Shown: positions 16,097-24,865, counted from the first letter of the stretch. The stretch: DNA of 40,802 bases from Candidatus Taylorbacteria bacterium RIFCSPHIGHO2_02_FULL_44_12 (GCA_001822575.1 MHRM01000012.1:6846-47647), one strand, 5' to 3'. The notes: generated from the letters alone by a model not told the origin. A program made the numbers and translations.

Positions 16097-16685
16097 TAAC
16101 ATTAAAAACGCTCATGGCTTTTTCTCTGCCGTCTTTGATGATCATAACCACTGCCTCGGCCGCCGATTTCCCTACTTTTTTGAGAATCTTCAACTCTTCA
16201 TCTTTGTATTTGCCGAGAATGAACTTTTCTATCTTGTTATCACCGTGAGGAACTTTTGCCAATCCTTTGGCATTGGCCGGAGCGGTGCCTATCCGGATAC
16301 GGATGAAAGCTCCGGTTTTGAGAGACTTGATAATAGACTGGAGACCATTGTGCCCACCCGAACTACGATTGAATGATATTTTCATTCGCCCCAAAGGAAG
16401 TTGAAAATCATCATAAATAACGATCAATTTTTCTGCCGCTTTGATGCTTTTGACTATTTTGGATATGGCTATACCGGATTTGTTCATGAATGTTTCCGGA
16501 GCTATCAATCTTATCTTTTCTTTTGCTATTTTCAGCTCGCCAACCATGGAATTAAATTTTTTGTCATAGAAAAGATCTCCTGATTCTTTTTTGATTATTT
16601 CAAGCAAAATCATCCTGCCAGTATTGTGGCGAGTGCCGTCATATTCTTCTCCTGGGTTGCCCAATCCAGCGATAATGTAAGACAT
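16092..16685 (-). CDS. pth: Peptidyl-tRNA hydrolase
   Basis: 197 aa with MSYIIAGLGNPGEEYDGTRHNTG and SSGGHNGLQSI motifs. Confidence 0.92.
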   Translation of the reverse strand: MSYIIAGLGNPGEEYDGTRHNTGRMILLEIIKKESGDLFYDKKFNSMVGELKIAKEKIRLIAPETFMNKSGIAISKIVKSIKAAEKLIVIYDDFQLPLGRMKISFNRSSGGHNGLQSIIKSLKTGAFIRIRIGTAPANAKGLAKVPHGDNKIEKFILGKYKDEELKILKKVGKSAAEAVVMIIKDGREKAMSVFNVT

Positions 16686-16691
16686 GAGAAT

Positions 16692-16721
16692 AGTTTACAC
16701 TGCAAGATATAAATTTGTAAA
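16692..16721 (-). promoter_or_regulatory. pth promoter TTTACA-18-TAAACT, -10 placed 6 nt from the ATG (leaderless configuration)
   Basis: The minus strand reads TTTACA-AATTTATATCTTGCAGTG-TAAACT-ATTCTC-ATG. Its -35 overlaps the -35 of the divergent lepB promoter. Confidence 0.45.
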
Positions 16722-16743
16722 TAACCGAGGATTCCGATACAAT
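16715..16743 (+). promoter_or_regulatory. lepB promoter TTGTAA-17-TACAAT, -10 placed 9 nt from the ATG at 16753
   Basis: TTGTAA lies at 16715-16720 and TACAAT at 16738-16743, with an exact 17-nt spacer. Confidence 0.5.
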
Positions 16744-16752
16744 GCTCCCACT

Positions 16753-17388
16753 ATGGATCCTATACGGACTACTGATGGCGGATCTGCCGATTCTGCAAGC
16801 TCTTTTGAGAAGATAAAGCACCCAATATTACATAGCCTCGGCGAGTGGACACGGGTCATTGTCATTGCCGTGCTCATTTCTCTGCCAATCCGATTTTTCA
16901 TCGCCGAACCATTCGTTGTCAATGGAGCATCCATGGATCCGACATTTTCCACCGGCCAATTTTTGATCGTGGATCGTCTGACATACCGTTTTGCCTCGCC
17001 TTCACGCGGAGATGTTGTGGTCTTCGCTTACCCCAATAACCCTCGCGTCTACTATATCAAACGGATTATTGGTCTGCCCGGGGAAACCCTAACAGTCAAT
17101 GATGGCTTTGTGAGCATATTATCCGGAGACAATCACGCCTCCTCTACGTTGTCGCTTGAAGAACCCTACATAACAAATTCTCATCGATCTCATGACAATA
17201 TCGCCGTAAGCCTGGGACCAACCGAATACTTTGTGATGGGTGACAACAGGACCCAGAGTTCGGACTCTCGGGTCTGGGGACCATTGGACAGAGATCTCAT
17301 TGTCGGCAGACCTTTGCTGCGCCTCTTGCCTTTTGAGAACATTGATCTTTTGCCAGGAAAATATCATGACAAAAATAATTCACGCTAA
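16753..17388 (+). CDS. lepB: Signal peptidase I
   Basis: It has the catalytic Ser box GASMDPTF, the Lys box YIKRIIGLPGE and GDNRTQSSDSR. The start was moved from 16684 to the ATG at 16753. The longer ORF would run through both divergent promoters and overlap the pth start. Confidence 0.85.
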   Translation: MDPIRTTDGGSADSASSFEKIKHPILHSLGEWTRVIVIAVLISLPIRFFIAEPFVVNGASMDPTFSTGQFLIVDRLTYRFASPSRGDVVVFAYPNNPRVYYIKRIIGLPGETLTVNDGFVSILSGDNHASSTLSLEEPYITNSHRSHDNIAVSLGPTEYFVMGDNRTQSSDSRVWGPLDRDLIVGRPLLRLLPFENIDLLPGKYHDKNNSR

Positions 17389-18625
17389 TCTCCGCAATAA
17401 AAAAGGAGATTCCCGATTTGTCTCCCGTGAGCATCTGGACAAGATTGGCGAAACTGCCGTTTATTACGGATTCATGCCCATAAAAAGCCCCGTGATATCC
17501 AAGACCGATCTGGAAATAGCCCGAGGTTTTGTTGAAGCAGATTATGTGGACGATCAAACAGAACTTCATAGCCATTTGCCCCTACATGTCGAAGAAAAGA
17601 TCGCTCTCATCCGGGCCTATAGCGAAAGAAATATGGACAGCTTGCCCCAACCGGTCATGCTCTACCTCAAAGATCCTGGCCGTGGTTCGACCAAGAAGAC
17701 CGAAGATCGCCGTTATGCCGATTTGGAAATCATAGGAGTATCTGGAAGTATAGCTGAAGCCTTGCTCATTCAGACTTCGCGAGCGATCTTGGCCGAAGAA
17801 GGATATCGTCATATCGCTGTGGAGATCAATTCATTGGGAGACAAGGACTCCATGGCCCGTTTTGCTAGGGAGCTCTCGGCTTACTATCGCAAAAACATCA
17901 ATACCATGTCCCCCGAATGCCGCCAACTCTTCAAGCGCGATCCTTTCAAGCTGTTGTCTTCCTCCGAAGAATCCTGCCTTGAGCTCAATAAGCTAGCTCC
18001 CAGGTCCATGGATTTCCTGCCGGAAGCCAGTCGCAGACATCTAGAAGAAGTCCTTGAATATTTGGAAACTCTAAAAATACCGTACATTATCAATAATAGT
18101 CTAATAGGCAATCGTTCTTATTGCTCCGAAACCATATTCACCATCGTCAATACCGACCCGGCTAATAAGAAGTCAAAAGATTCTCGGATTTTGGCTTTGG
18201 GAGTGAGTTGGAATAATTTGGGGAAACATGTCGGGATCAAACGAGATATTTCCGGGGTGGGATTATCCATACTTATAAAGGGACGTGTGACAGGACTACG
18301 CAAACCTATAGGCAAAGTCAAAAGACCGATTGCCGCTTTTGTTCAGCTAGGCATGGAATCAAAACTACTTTCTCTGAAGGTCATAGAGAGTCTACGCCAG
18401 GTCAAGATCCCTCTCCATTTTTCTCTGGCCAAAGACCGCCTAGGGGCCCAAGTTTCTTCAATGGACAAACTCCATACACCCTATGTCATAGTGATCGGCA
18501 AGAAAGAAGCGGTAGAGCGAACCGCCATAGTCCGCCGAACCGACACCTACTCCCAAGACATCGTCCCATTGGCCGACCTCCCCAACTACATGAAAAAGGC
18601 CGAGAAAAAGTATTTTGGGAAGTAG
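17366..18625 (+). CDS. Histidyl-tRNA synthetase-like paralogue with degenerate catalytic motifs and an intact HGTP-type anticodon-binding domain
   Basis: The bacterial HisRS topology is conserved (VEINSLGDKDSMARFARELSAYYRKN...RDPFKLLSS...LETLKIPYIINNSLIGNRSYCSETIF). Motif 2 (expected fRYErPQxGRxREF) reads MLYLKDPGRGSTKK, and motif 3 (expected GGRYD) reads LALGVSWNNL. The C-terminal 90 aa is anticodon-binding-domain-like. The start was taken at the ATG at 17366 (MTKIIHANL). Confidence 0.6.
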   Translation: MTKIIHANLRNKKGDSRFVSREHLDKIGETAVYYGFMPIKSPVISKTDLEIARGFVEADYVDDQTELHSHLPLHVEEKIALIRAYSERNMDSLPQPVMLYLKDPGRGSTKKTEDRRYADLEIIGVSGSIAEALLIQTSRAILAEEGYRHIAVEINSLGDKDSMARFARELSAYYRKNINTMSPECRQLFKRDPFKLLSSSEESCLELNKLAPRSMDFLPEASRRHLEEVLEYLETLKIPYIINNSLIGNRSYCSETIFTIVNTDPANKKSKDSRILALGVSWNNLGKHVGIKRDISGVGLSILIKGRVTGLRKPIGKVKRPIAAFVQLGMESKLLSLKVIESLRQVKIPLHFSLAKDRLGAQVSSMDKLHTPYVIVIGKKEAVERTAIVRRTDTYSQDIVPLADLPNYMKKAEKKYFGK

Positions 18626-18682
18626 GGCTTGCCATTCGACGGGGCGACCTTGCGGAGAGGAAAAAGAATGTTTGCCAGGATC
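18623..18682. repeat. Half-copy of the GGGYTTRCCATTC...TTGCG...AATGTTYGCC repeat family
   Basis: TAGGGCTTGCCATTCGACGGGGCGACCTTGCGGAGAGGAAAAAGAATGTTTGCCAGGATC aligns with 27556-27615 and 36121-36186. Its first three bases are the stop codon of the upstream gene. Confidence 0.75.
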
Positions 18683-18735
18683 TAATAATTAGTGTGCGAA
18701 TTCACGATACTTTATTTGCTCCATATTCAAAGCCG

Positions 18736-18744
18736 TGTTACGAT
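18736..18744 (+). promoter_or_regulatory. Extended -10 (TGTTACGAT) 7 nt upstream of the rpsU ATG at 18752
   Basis: The sequence is TGT-TACGAT-GCGTCTT-ATG. Confidence 0.4.
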
Positions 18745-18751
18745 GCGTCTT

Positions 18752-18997
18752 ATGATAAATGTTGAGGTAACCAAAAATTCTGGAGAGAATGGCATCAGCC
18801 TGATCCGTCGTTTCAGCCGCAAAGTCCAGGGAGCTGGGATTCTACCTCGTGTTCGAGGTTTGCGATTCAATAGTCGGGTCCAATCAGCTTTCAAGGTCAA
18901 ACAAAGAGCTCTCAAAGGTATTTCCCGTCGGGCCGCCATGGCAGAATTGGTCAAACTTGGCAAGGCGCCGGTCAAGAAAACCCGTGGCGGAAAGTAA
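18752..18997 (+). CDS. rpsU: 30S ribosomal protein S21
   Basis: MINVEVTKNSGENGISLIRRFSRKVQGAGIL... is a typical S21 N-terminus and is basic. An alternative ATG lies at 18743. Confidence 0.8.
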   Translation: MINVEVTKNSGENGISLIRRFSRKVQGAGILPRVRGLRFNSRVQSAFKVKQRALKGISRRAAMAELVKLGKAPVKKTRGGK

Positions 18998-19018
18998 GAG
19001 CCTGTTCACAATCTAAAG

Positions 19019-19393
19019 ATGCTCACTGTCGCCAATCAAACAAGGTCCGTCATACCCAAGATCAAATTTCAAGAAATAAAAAAACTAACCTTGGGTGATG
19101 ATTATAATCTCAATCTTGTTTTCATTCCTTCTTCGCGAATATCCAAGCTCAACAAGATCTACCGTGGCAAAGATCATCCAACCGATATTTTGAGTTTCCC
19201 CATATCAAACAATCAGGGGGAAATATATTTGTGCTTAAGCGAAGCTAGGAAAGAGGCCAGAAAATTTGCTCGATCATATGACAACTTCATAGCCTTTTTA
19301 TTCATTCACGGCTGTACACATTTGAAAGGATACGACCATGGCAGTACAATGGAGAACATAGAGGTTAATTTGCGCAAAAAGTTTTCTATCTGA
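19019..19393 (+). CDS. ybeY: rRNA maturation endoribonuclease YbeY
   Basis: 124 aa with the zinc motif HGCTHLKGYDH and TDILSFP. Confidence 0.88.
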   Translation: MLTVANQTRSVIPKIKFQEIKKLTLGDDYNLNLVFIPSSRISKLNKIYRGKDHPTDILSFPISNNQGEIYLCLSEARKEARKFARSYDNFIAFLFIHGCTHLKGYDHGSTMENIEVNLRKKFSI

Positions 19394-19449
19394 TTTTATT
19401 GGATTATGAGCACTTTTCACCTTCAACTTTTAACTTTTCAAATCTTCAC

Positions 19450-20631
19450 ATGTCCCGTTCAATCATTACCGGTATAGATGTCGGCACCAAGCATGTCAAA
19501 GTAGTCATCGCGGATGCGAGAAGTAAAACCGAAAAGGGTCTACCCAAGATCATTGGTCTTGGCATAGCCGAGTCTCGCGGTCTACGACATGGATATATCA
19601 CCAATATCCGCGACGCCGCCGAGAGCATAAGATCTGCCATAAACAATGCCCAAGAAAAAGCCGGAGTAAAGATCAAAAAAGCCTTTGTGGGAGTAGGAGG
19701 GATTGGTCTTTCTGGAATAACCGTAACAAGCTCCATTATGACCTCGCGAGCCGATGCCGAGATCACGGCCCTTGATCTGAAGAAATTGCGAGAACAAAAC
19801 GAGCGGGATATTCCTCGCCAGGCCATAGCCAATCGACGGATTGTCTATGATATACCTCTCTTGTACAAGATAGATGGTATTCCAGCTCTAGGAATGCCAG
19901 AAGGGATGATCGGCAACAAGGTTGAATTAAAAACTTTATTTATGACCTGTCTTGATCATCATGTGACGGATCTAGTTCAGGCTGTCAATGAAACCGGCAT
20001 AGAAGTGGAAGATATAATGGTTTCTCCTGTGGCCGCCGGTTTTGTGACCCTATCAAAAACTCAAAAGATAGCCGGTTGTGTCCTGGCCAATATCGGAGCT
20101 GAAACAGTTTCCATAGCCGTTTTTGAAAACAATATTCCCACTTCCTTGGAAGTTTTTTCTATCGGTTCCACGGACATTACCAACGACATAGCTTTGGGCC
20201 TCAAAGTGCCCCTGGAAGAAGCCGAACAGATCAAGATCGGAGCTATCACCGGCAGTTCTTATCCACGCAAAAAACTAGAAGAGATCGTTTCTGCCCGAAT
20301 GTCAGATGTTTTTGAGCTTATAGAAGCTCATCTCAAGAAAATCGGCCGAAATGGTCTCCTGCCAGCAGGGATCGTCTTGACGGGCGCCGGCGCTGGATTG
20401 AATGCCATAGAGACATTGGCTGGAGCAGATCTGCGCCTGCCAGCCCGGATCGGATCTATCGGCATGACGGAAGGCAAACCTTCTTCTCGCGATACTGTCT
20501 GGGCTGTGGCTTATGGTCTTTGTGTCTGGGGTATTCATGCCGAAGAAGGCCTGGAAATAGATACCTCGGTTCAATTCCTCAAAAAAAGCTGGAAGGCTCT
20601 GACCAGATTCTTCAAACAGTTTTTGCCATGA
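19450..20631 (+). CDS. ftsA: Cell division protein FtsA
   Basis: It shows an actin-fold N-terminus (SIITGIDVGTKHVKVVIA) with DIGAETVSIAVF-like and GIVLTGAGAGL motifs. The C-terminal amphipathic helix is FLKKSWKALTRFFKQFL. The start was taken at the ATG at 19450. Confidence 0.88.
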   Translation: MSRSIITGIDVGTKHVKVVIADARSKTEKGLPKIIGLGIAESRGLRHGYITNIRDAAESIRSAINNAQEKAGVKIKKAFVGVGGIGLSGITVTSSIMTSRADAEITALDLKKLREQNERDIPRQAIANRRIVYDIPLLYKIDGIPALGMPEGMIGNKVELKTLFMTCLDHHVTDLVQAVNETGIEVEDIMVSPVAAGFVTLSKTQKIAGCVLANIGAETVSIAVFENNIPTSLEVFSIGSTDITNDIALGLKVPLEEAEQIKIGAITGSSYPRKKLEEIVSARMSDVFELIEAHLKKIGRNGLLPAGIVLTGAGAGLNAIETLAGADLRLPARIGSIGMTEGKPSSRDTVWAVAYGLCVWGIHAEEGLEIDTSVQFLKKSWKALTRFFKQFLP

Positions 20632-20753
20632 TAAGAGTGACTTCCTCTTCCACTGCACACTTTCACCTTGTAGGAAAACATGACATTTATGATTGAAAAT
20701 ATTCTTCATATAGTCTACCCTATAACCCCATGCTCAACTATCATCTACGCAAT

Positions 20754-20782
20754 TTGCTTAAGAAATATCCTCATGATAATGT
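20754..20782 (+). promoter_or_regulatory. Candidate ftsZ promoter TTGCTT-17-(TGA)TAATGT
   Basis: It has a 17-nt spacer and an extended -10 TG. It lies 48 nt upstream of the ftsZ ATG. Confidence 0.4.
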
Positions 20783-20830
20783 AGGTATTAATCTTTTGGC
20801 TTTGAATGGTAACTAATAAGAAAACAAAAA

Positions 20831-22015
20831 ATGCCCCAAATTACTCCAGAAATTGAAGCTTTTGCCCGAATCAAGGTTCTTGGTGTCGGCGGGTCTGGTT
20901 GCAATGCCATCAACCACATGATTGCCTCAAAAGTCCGAGGAGTAGACTTCATAGCTATAAATACCGATTCTCAAGACCTCCATCGTTCTCTAGCCAAAAA
21001 ACGCGTTCATATAGGCAAGAATATCACTCGGGGCCTAGGTACTGGGATGAATTCTGATCTCGGCCGTCGAGCCGTGGAAGAGACTCATGATGAGATCCAA
21101 GAAGCTATCAAGGGCGCCGATATGGTATTTGTGGCTTGCGGCCTCGGCGGCGGTACGGGCACTGGAGCAAGCCCTATCGTGGCCCGCACCGCCAAAGAGC
21201 TTGGTTGTCTGACTGTTGCTGTCGTCACCAAACCTTTCTTTTTTGAAGGACGCCAACGCAGTCGGATTGCCGATGCCGGCCTGGAAGACTTGCGCAAAGA
21301 AGTAGACGCTATAATTGTTGTTCCAAACGACCGCCTCCTTTCTGCTATAGACAAAGCCACTACCGTCAAGAATGCCTTTGCCATGTGCGACGAAATCTTG
21401 CGCCATGCCGTAGAAGGAATATCCGACCTCATCACTACTTCTGGTATCATCAATATAGACTTTGCAGATATTCGGACCGTCATGGAAAATGCCGGTTCAG
21501 CCCTGATGGGTATAGGTTCGGCTTCTGGCGAAAATCGGGCCATTGAAGCCGCCAAGGCCGCCATCAATTCGCCACTTTTGGATGTTTCAATCGCCGGAGC
21601 CAAGGGTGTCCTATTCTCCATAGCCGGCGGCGAAGACCTAACGATGTTTGAAATCCAAGACGCCGCTCGAGTCATTACTGAATTCATAGACCCAGAAGCC
21701 AAAATCATCTTCGGAGCTGTCCGTGACGACAAGCTCAAGAAAAACGAAGTCCAGATCACTGTTATCGCAACCGGTTTCCCCGAGACAGCCCTGTCAGCGA
21801 CCAAACCTTCACCAATATCAGTCGACCAAACTATCGCTTCCCTCCTCAAAAACGCCGACAAAAACAAGATCTACAACCCAGCTCCAGACATCAAACGCGA
21901 CCACAAAGAAGAATTAGGAAAAACAGATATCAAAAAAGACACTCCCAAGCCAGAGCATGATGAGGATGACTGGGGCGCTATTCCGGCATTCTTGCGTAGG
22001 TCTAGGTTGAAATAA
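20831..22015 (+). CDS. ftsZ: Cell division GTPase FtsZ
   Basis: 394 aa with the tubulin signature GLGGGTGTGASPIVA and the NTDSQDL motif. The C-terminal tail ends in the conserved IPAFLRR peptide. Confidence 0.95.
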   Translation: MPQITPEIEAFARIKVLGVGGSGCNAINHMIASKVRGVDFIAINTDSQDLHRSLAKKRVHIGKNITRGLGTGMNSDLGRRAVEETHDEIQEAIKGADMVFVACGLGGGTGTGASPIVARTAKELGCLTVAVVTKPFFFEGRQRSRIADAGLEDLRKEVDAIIVVPNDRLLSAIDKATTVKNAFAMCDEILRHAVEGISDLITTSGIINIDFADIRTVMENAGSALMGIGSASGENRAIEAAKAAINSPLLDVSIAGAKGVLFSIAGGEDLTMFEIQDAARVITEFIDPEAKIIFGAVRDDKLKKNEVQITVIATGFPETALSATKPSPISVDQTIASLLKNADKNKIYNPAPDIKRDHKEELGKTDIKKDTPKPEHDEDDWGAIPAFLRRSRLK

Positions 22016-22047
22016 AAAGAAAACATAAACTACACCCTCTTTCTTTA

Positions 22048-23184
22048 TCAAATCTCCTCCCTAAGCAGTCTATGATATTTATTGAGAAGAAATGAAACAG
22101 GAAAGAAGGGCATCCAAGCATTGATAATCTTTCTCAAGATTCTTGATTTTACAAAAGCCCATCCACGCATTCTGTTTGTCAGATTACGAGCAATCCTCAC
22201 TCTTTTTTTCCTTTTATCTTGATAGGCTCGCAAAGCCACTTTGAGCGAGTATATATCACCTACCTTCATAAGCTCTCCTGCTAAGACATACCCATCCTCC
22301 ATTGCCATGGAAGCACCAAGTCCAGCATGAGGTTCGAAGCCATGAGCGGCATCACCGACAAGAACCACATTTCCTTTTACTATATTTTTCATTTTGATAT
22401 GAGAAAAATCGCTTGGAATGAAATCCCTATCCTCTAGCATATCAATAAAACCACCTATTCTCACTTGACCTTTAAATGCTACTTTCAATCGGTTTTTCCG
22501 ATGTTCCACATCATCCCATATAGAATGCTTAACTGGAGCACTCAATATTGCAAGAGTCTTGTCTTTGAGGTCAAACATTCCGACAAATTCATTCGGTTCA
22601 ATATATTCAGTTATTGTATTTCTATCCTTAAATGAATTATCAACCCATGCATACCACACTCTCCAGTCATCAAACTTCTCAATACCCTGACCAAAGACCT
22701 TTGAACGAACCTCGGAATGAATACCGTCCGATCCAACAACAAGGTCGTATTCCCTTTCTTCTCCCGAACTGAATGTAACTTTTACTTTATTAGATCTCTG
22801 GATAATTTGTTTTATATTAATTCCAAATAATATTTTTTCCTCACCTACCAAATCTATGAGCATAGTATGCAAAACTGTACGACTTATATTGGTGTGAGCC
22901 ATTCCATATTCTGAATAAAAATTTGAGAGATTATACTTTCTCAACAGATTTCCATTACCGTCACGGACACAATAATAATTTACAGGACATCCAGCCTTAT
23001 CAAACGCTTCTGCTATTCCCAATTTCTCCAATATTCTTCTTCCATTGTTCCATATACAAAGTGAATAGCCTTGGCTTTTGATTGTGGAAGATTTTTCAAT
23101 AAGATCATATTCTATTGACGATTCTTTCAAGAAACCCGCCAATGTCAGTCCGCCTATTCCCGCTCCAACAACTAAGATTCTCAT
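22048..23184 (-). CDS. FAD-dependent monooxygenase (FAD_binding_3 / UbiH-salicylate hydroxylase-like)
   Basis: 378 aa with MRILVVGAGIGGLTLAGFL (GxGxxG), LVVGSDGIHSEVR and VLVGDAAHGFEPHAGLGASMAMEDG. It is markedly AT-rich versus its flanks. Hand counts of sample 60-nt lines give 23-32% GC here, versus about 60% in an ftsZ line. Confidence 0.8.
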   Translation of the reverse strand: MRILVVGAGIGGLTLAGFLKESSIEYDLIEKSSTIKSQGYSLCIWNNGRRILEKLGIAEAFDKAGCPVNYYCVRDGNGNLLRKYNLSNFYSEYGMAHTNISRTVLHTMLIDLVGEEKILFGINIKQIIQRSNKVKVTFSSGEEREYDLVVGSDGIHSEVRSKVFGQGIEKFDDWRVWYAWVDNSFKDRNTITEYIEPNEFVGMFDLKDKTLAILSAPVKHSIWDDVEHRKNRLKVAFKGQVRIGGFIDMLEDRDFIPSDFSHIKMKNIVKGNVVLVGDAAHGFEPHAGLGASMAMEDGYVLAGELMKVGDIYSLKVALRAYQDKRKKRVRIARNLTNRMRGWAFVKSRILRKIINAWMPFFPVSFLLNKYHRLLREEI

Positions 23185-23254
23185 ATTTTCTTCAAAATAT
23201 TTCGCGGCCCTTAAGGATATCTTTTATTATACAATAATAGCAAATAGATAAAAA

Positions 23255-23263
23255 TGCTACAAT
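23255..23263 (+). promoter_or_regulatory. Extended -10 (TGCTACAAT) 9 nt upstream of the trxB ATG
   Basis: The sequence is TGC-TACAAT-GAGCGAGCT-ATG. Confidence 0.45.
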
Positions 23264-23272
23264 GAGCGAGCT

Positions 23273-24211
23273 ATGAAATACGATCTAGCTATCATCGGGG
23301 GAGGCCCAGCCGGAGCGGCGGCCGGGGTCTATGCCGCCCGCAAAAGACTCAAGACCATATTTATCACCAAGGACTGGAATGGTCAAAGCGCTGTCTCCGA
23401 CGGCATAGAAAACTGGATCGGCGATATAAAAATATCAGGGCCTGAACTGGCCAAAAAACTGGAAGCTCATCTCAAGGCTTATTCTGAAAATGTTGTTGAT
23501 ATCCGCGAGGGAGAGCTCTGCCAAAACATTTCCGGTTCAGCCCCCTCTTTCAAAATCAAAACAAACAAAGATATCTATGAAGCCAAAACCATTCTAGTAA
23601 CGACCGGAAGTCATCGCAGGTCTCTAGATATTCCCGGAGCGGCCAAATATGAAAATAAAGGCCTGACATATTGCGCCACCTGCGATGGCCCCCTTTTTGA
23701 CAGCCAAGATGTAGTGGTAGTCGGTGGCGGCAATGCCGGCTTTGAGAGCGCCGCCCAACTCTTATCGTATTGCAAAAGCGTTACTCTGCTCAACCGTAGC
23801 AATACCTTCAAGGCAGATCCGGCAACCATAGAAAAAGTCTTGGCCAACCCGAAGATGAGAGCTGTCAAAAACGCTGTCCCCAAAGAGATCAAAGGAGACA
23901 AATTTGTAACTTCTCTGATCTATGCAGATTCTAGTTCAAACAAAGACGCCGAGCTCGCTGTTACTGGAATATTCGTGGAGATCGGTTCTCTGCCCAATAC
24001 AGATTTTGTCAAAGAATTTGTCATTATGGATCAATACAATCAGATCGTTGTTGATCCCAGGAATCAACGATCATCTACCATCGGCATTTGGGCCGCTGGC
24101 GACTGTACCGATGGTCTCTATCACCAAAACAATATCGCCGCCGGCGACGCCATAAAAGCTATTGAGGATATTTACCTGGAATTACATACCAAAAAGAATT
24201 ATGTGTCATAA
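23273..24211 (+). CDS. trxB: Thioredoxin-disulfide reductase
   Basis: 312 aa with IIGGGPAG, the redox-active CATCDG, VVVGGGNAG and GIWAAGDC motifs. Confidence 0.9.
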   Translation: MKYDLAIIGGGPAGAAAGVYAARKRLKTIFITKDWNGQSAVSDGIENWIGDIKISGPELAKKLEAHLKAYSENVVDIREGELCQNISGSAPSFKIKTNKDIYEAKTILVTTGSHRRSLDIPGAAKYENKGLTYCATCDGPLFDSQDVVVVGGGNAGFESAAQLLSYCKSVTLLNRSNTFKADPATIEKVLANPKMRAVKNAVPKEIKGDKFVTSLIYADSSSNKDAELAVTGIFVEIGSLPNTDFVKEFVIMDQYNQIVVDPRNQRSSTIGIWAAGDCTDGLYHQNNIAAGDAIKAIEDIYLELHTKKNYVS

Positions 24212-24221
24212 GATCGTGTGA

Positions 24222-24397
24222 GCAAACTTTAATAGTATTTTGTGAGCCGAGTACTTGTTTGAGCGTCGTGGACGATTGTTAGGTATGCGAAGGCTTTTGA
24301 TATGGACAAGATAATATCTTGTTACTCCAAGCCGAGCAGACCTTACAATACGTCAGACGCGAGTCACGCAGGCTCACAAAATACTATTAAAGTTTGC
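24222..24397. repeat. 176-nt element bounded by perfect 27-bp inverted repeats (MITE-like / long hairpin) at a convergent junction
   Basis: GCAAACTTTAATAGTATTTTGTGAGCC (24222-24248) pairs with GGCTCACAAAATACTATTAAAGTTTGC (24371-24397). The interior is also partly self-complementary (ACGATTGTTAGGT / ACCTTACAATACGT, and a central ACAAGATA-A-TATCTTGT). Confidence 0.85.
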
Positions 24398-24418
24398 GAA
24401 ACATATTATAACTAACCG

Positions 24419-24865
24419 TCACCAAACATCCTGACTAATAACTAATATAGAATTATCACTAATCCTGACTGATCTTTTACCAAACTTCCGAATACCAGAA
24501 AGGGCAGCAGTGACTGAAATTTCAACATCATAAGATGAAAGATCAGGATTGGGATTGATCACTGAAACTTCACAGCCCAGAGATCGTATTGTTGTAGTCC
24601 CATTCATGAAGAAATCCTTGGCCAGGCTAACAGTAGCTGTGTCTAGACAAGAATGAGTATTGAGCTCCACCTGAATACGCATTTCCTTGCGAAAAACGCT
24701 ATCGGCATAGAGGACTGCCGCGGACAAGGTTGACAGAGAAAAAGCCATAGTGCCCGCTGATACCAGAATAACTGCTATCAGCGCAGTAAATCCGCCGGAA
24801 TGATTGTTAAAACGATTGCTAATCCTTGGGAGATGATTGTGATTATGGAGTAACATAAGCATCAT
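24419..24865 (-). CDS. Type IV pilin-like protein (minor pilin / pseudopilin)
   Basis: 148 aa. A prepilin-like N-terminus (...NNHSGG|FTALIAVILVSAGTMAF) is followed by a beta-rich domain with 2 Cys. The +5 residue is Ile rather than Glu. Confidence 0.6.
   Translation of the reverse strand: MMLMLLHNHNHLPRISNRFNNHSGGFTALIAVILVSAGTMAFSLSTLSAAVLYADSVFRKEMRIQVELNTHSCLDTATVSLAKDFFMNGTTTIRSLGCEVSVINPNPDLSSYDVEISVTAALSGIRKFGKRSVRISDNSILVISQDVW

Noticed and set aside
16684-17365. Longer start choices in the ORF track for lepB (16684) and the HisRS-like gene (17240)
   Set aside because: The lepB extension would overlap the pth start and both divergent promoters. The HisRS-like extension is an out-of-frame read-through of the lepB 3' end, with a Cys/Leu-rich non-conserved peptide. 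Internal ATGs at 16753 and 17366 fit the promoter and operon context.
21035-21867. Minus-strand ORFs (260 and 123 aa) antisense to ftsZ, and the 239-aa plus-strand ORF at 34998-35717 antisense to rpoD
   Set aside because: They are shadow ORFs within well-supported conserved genes.
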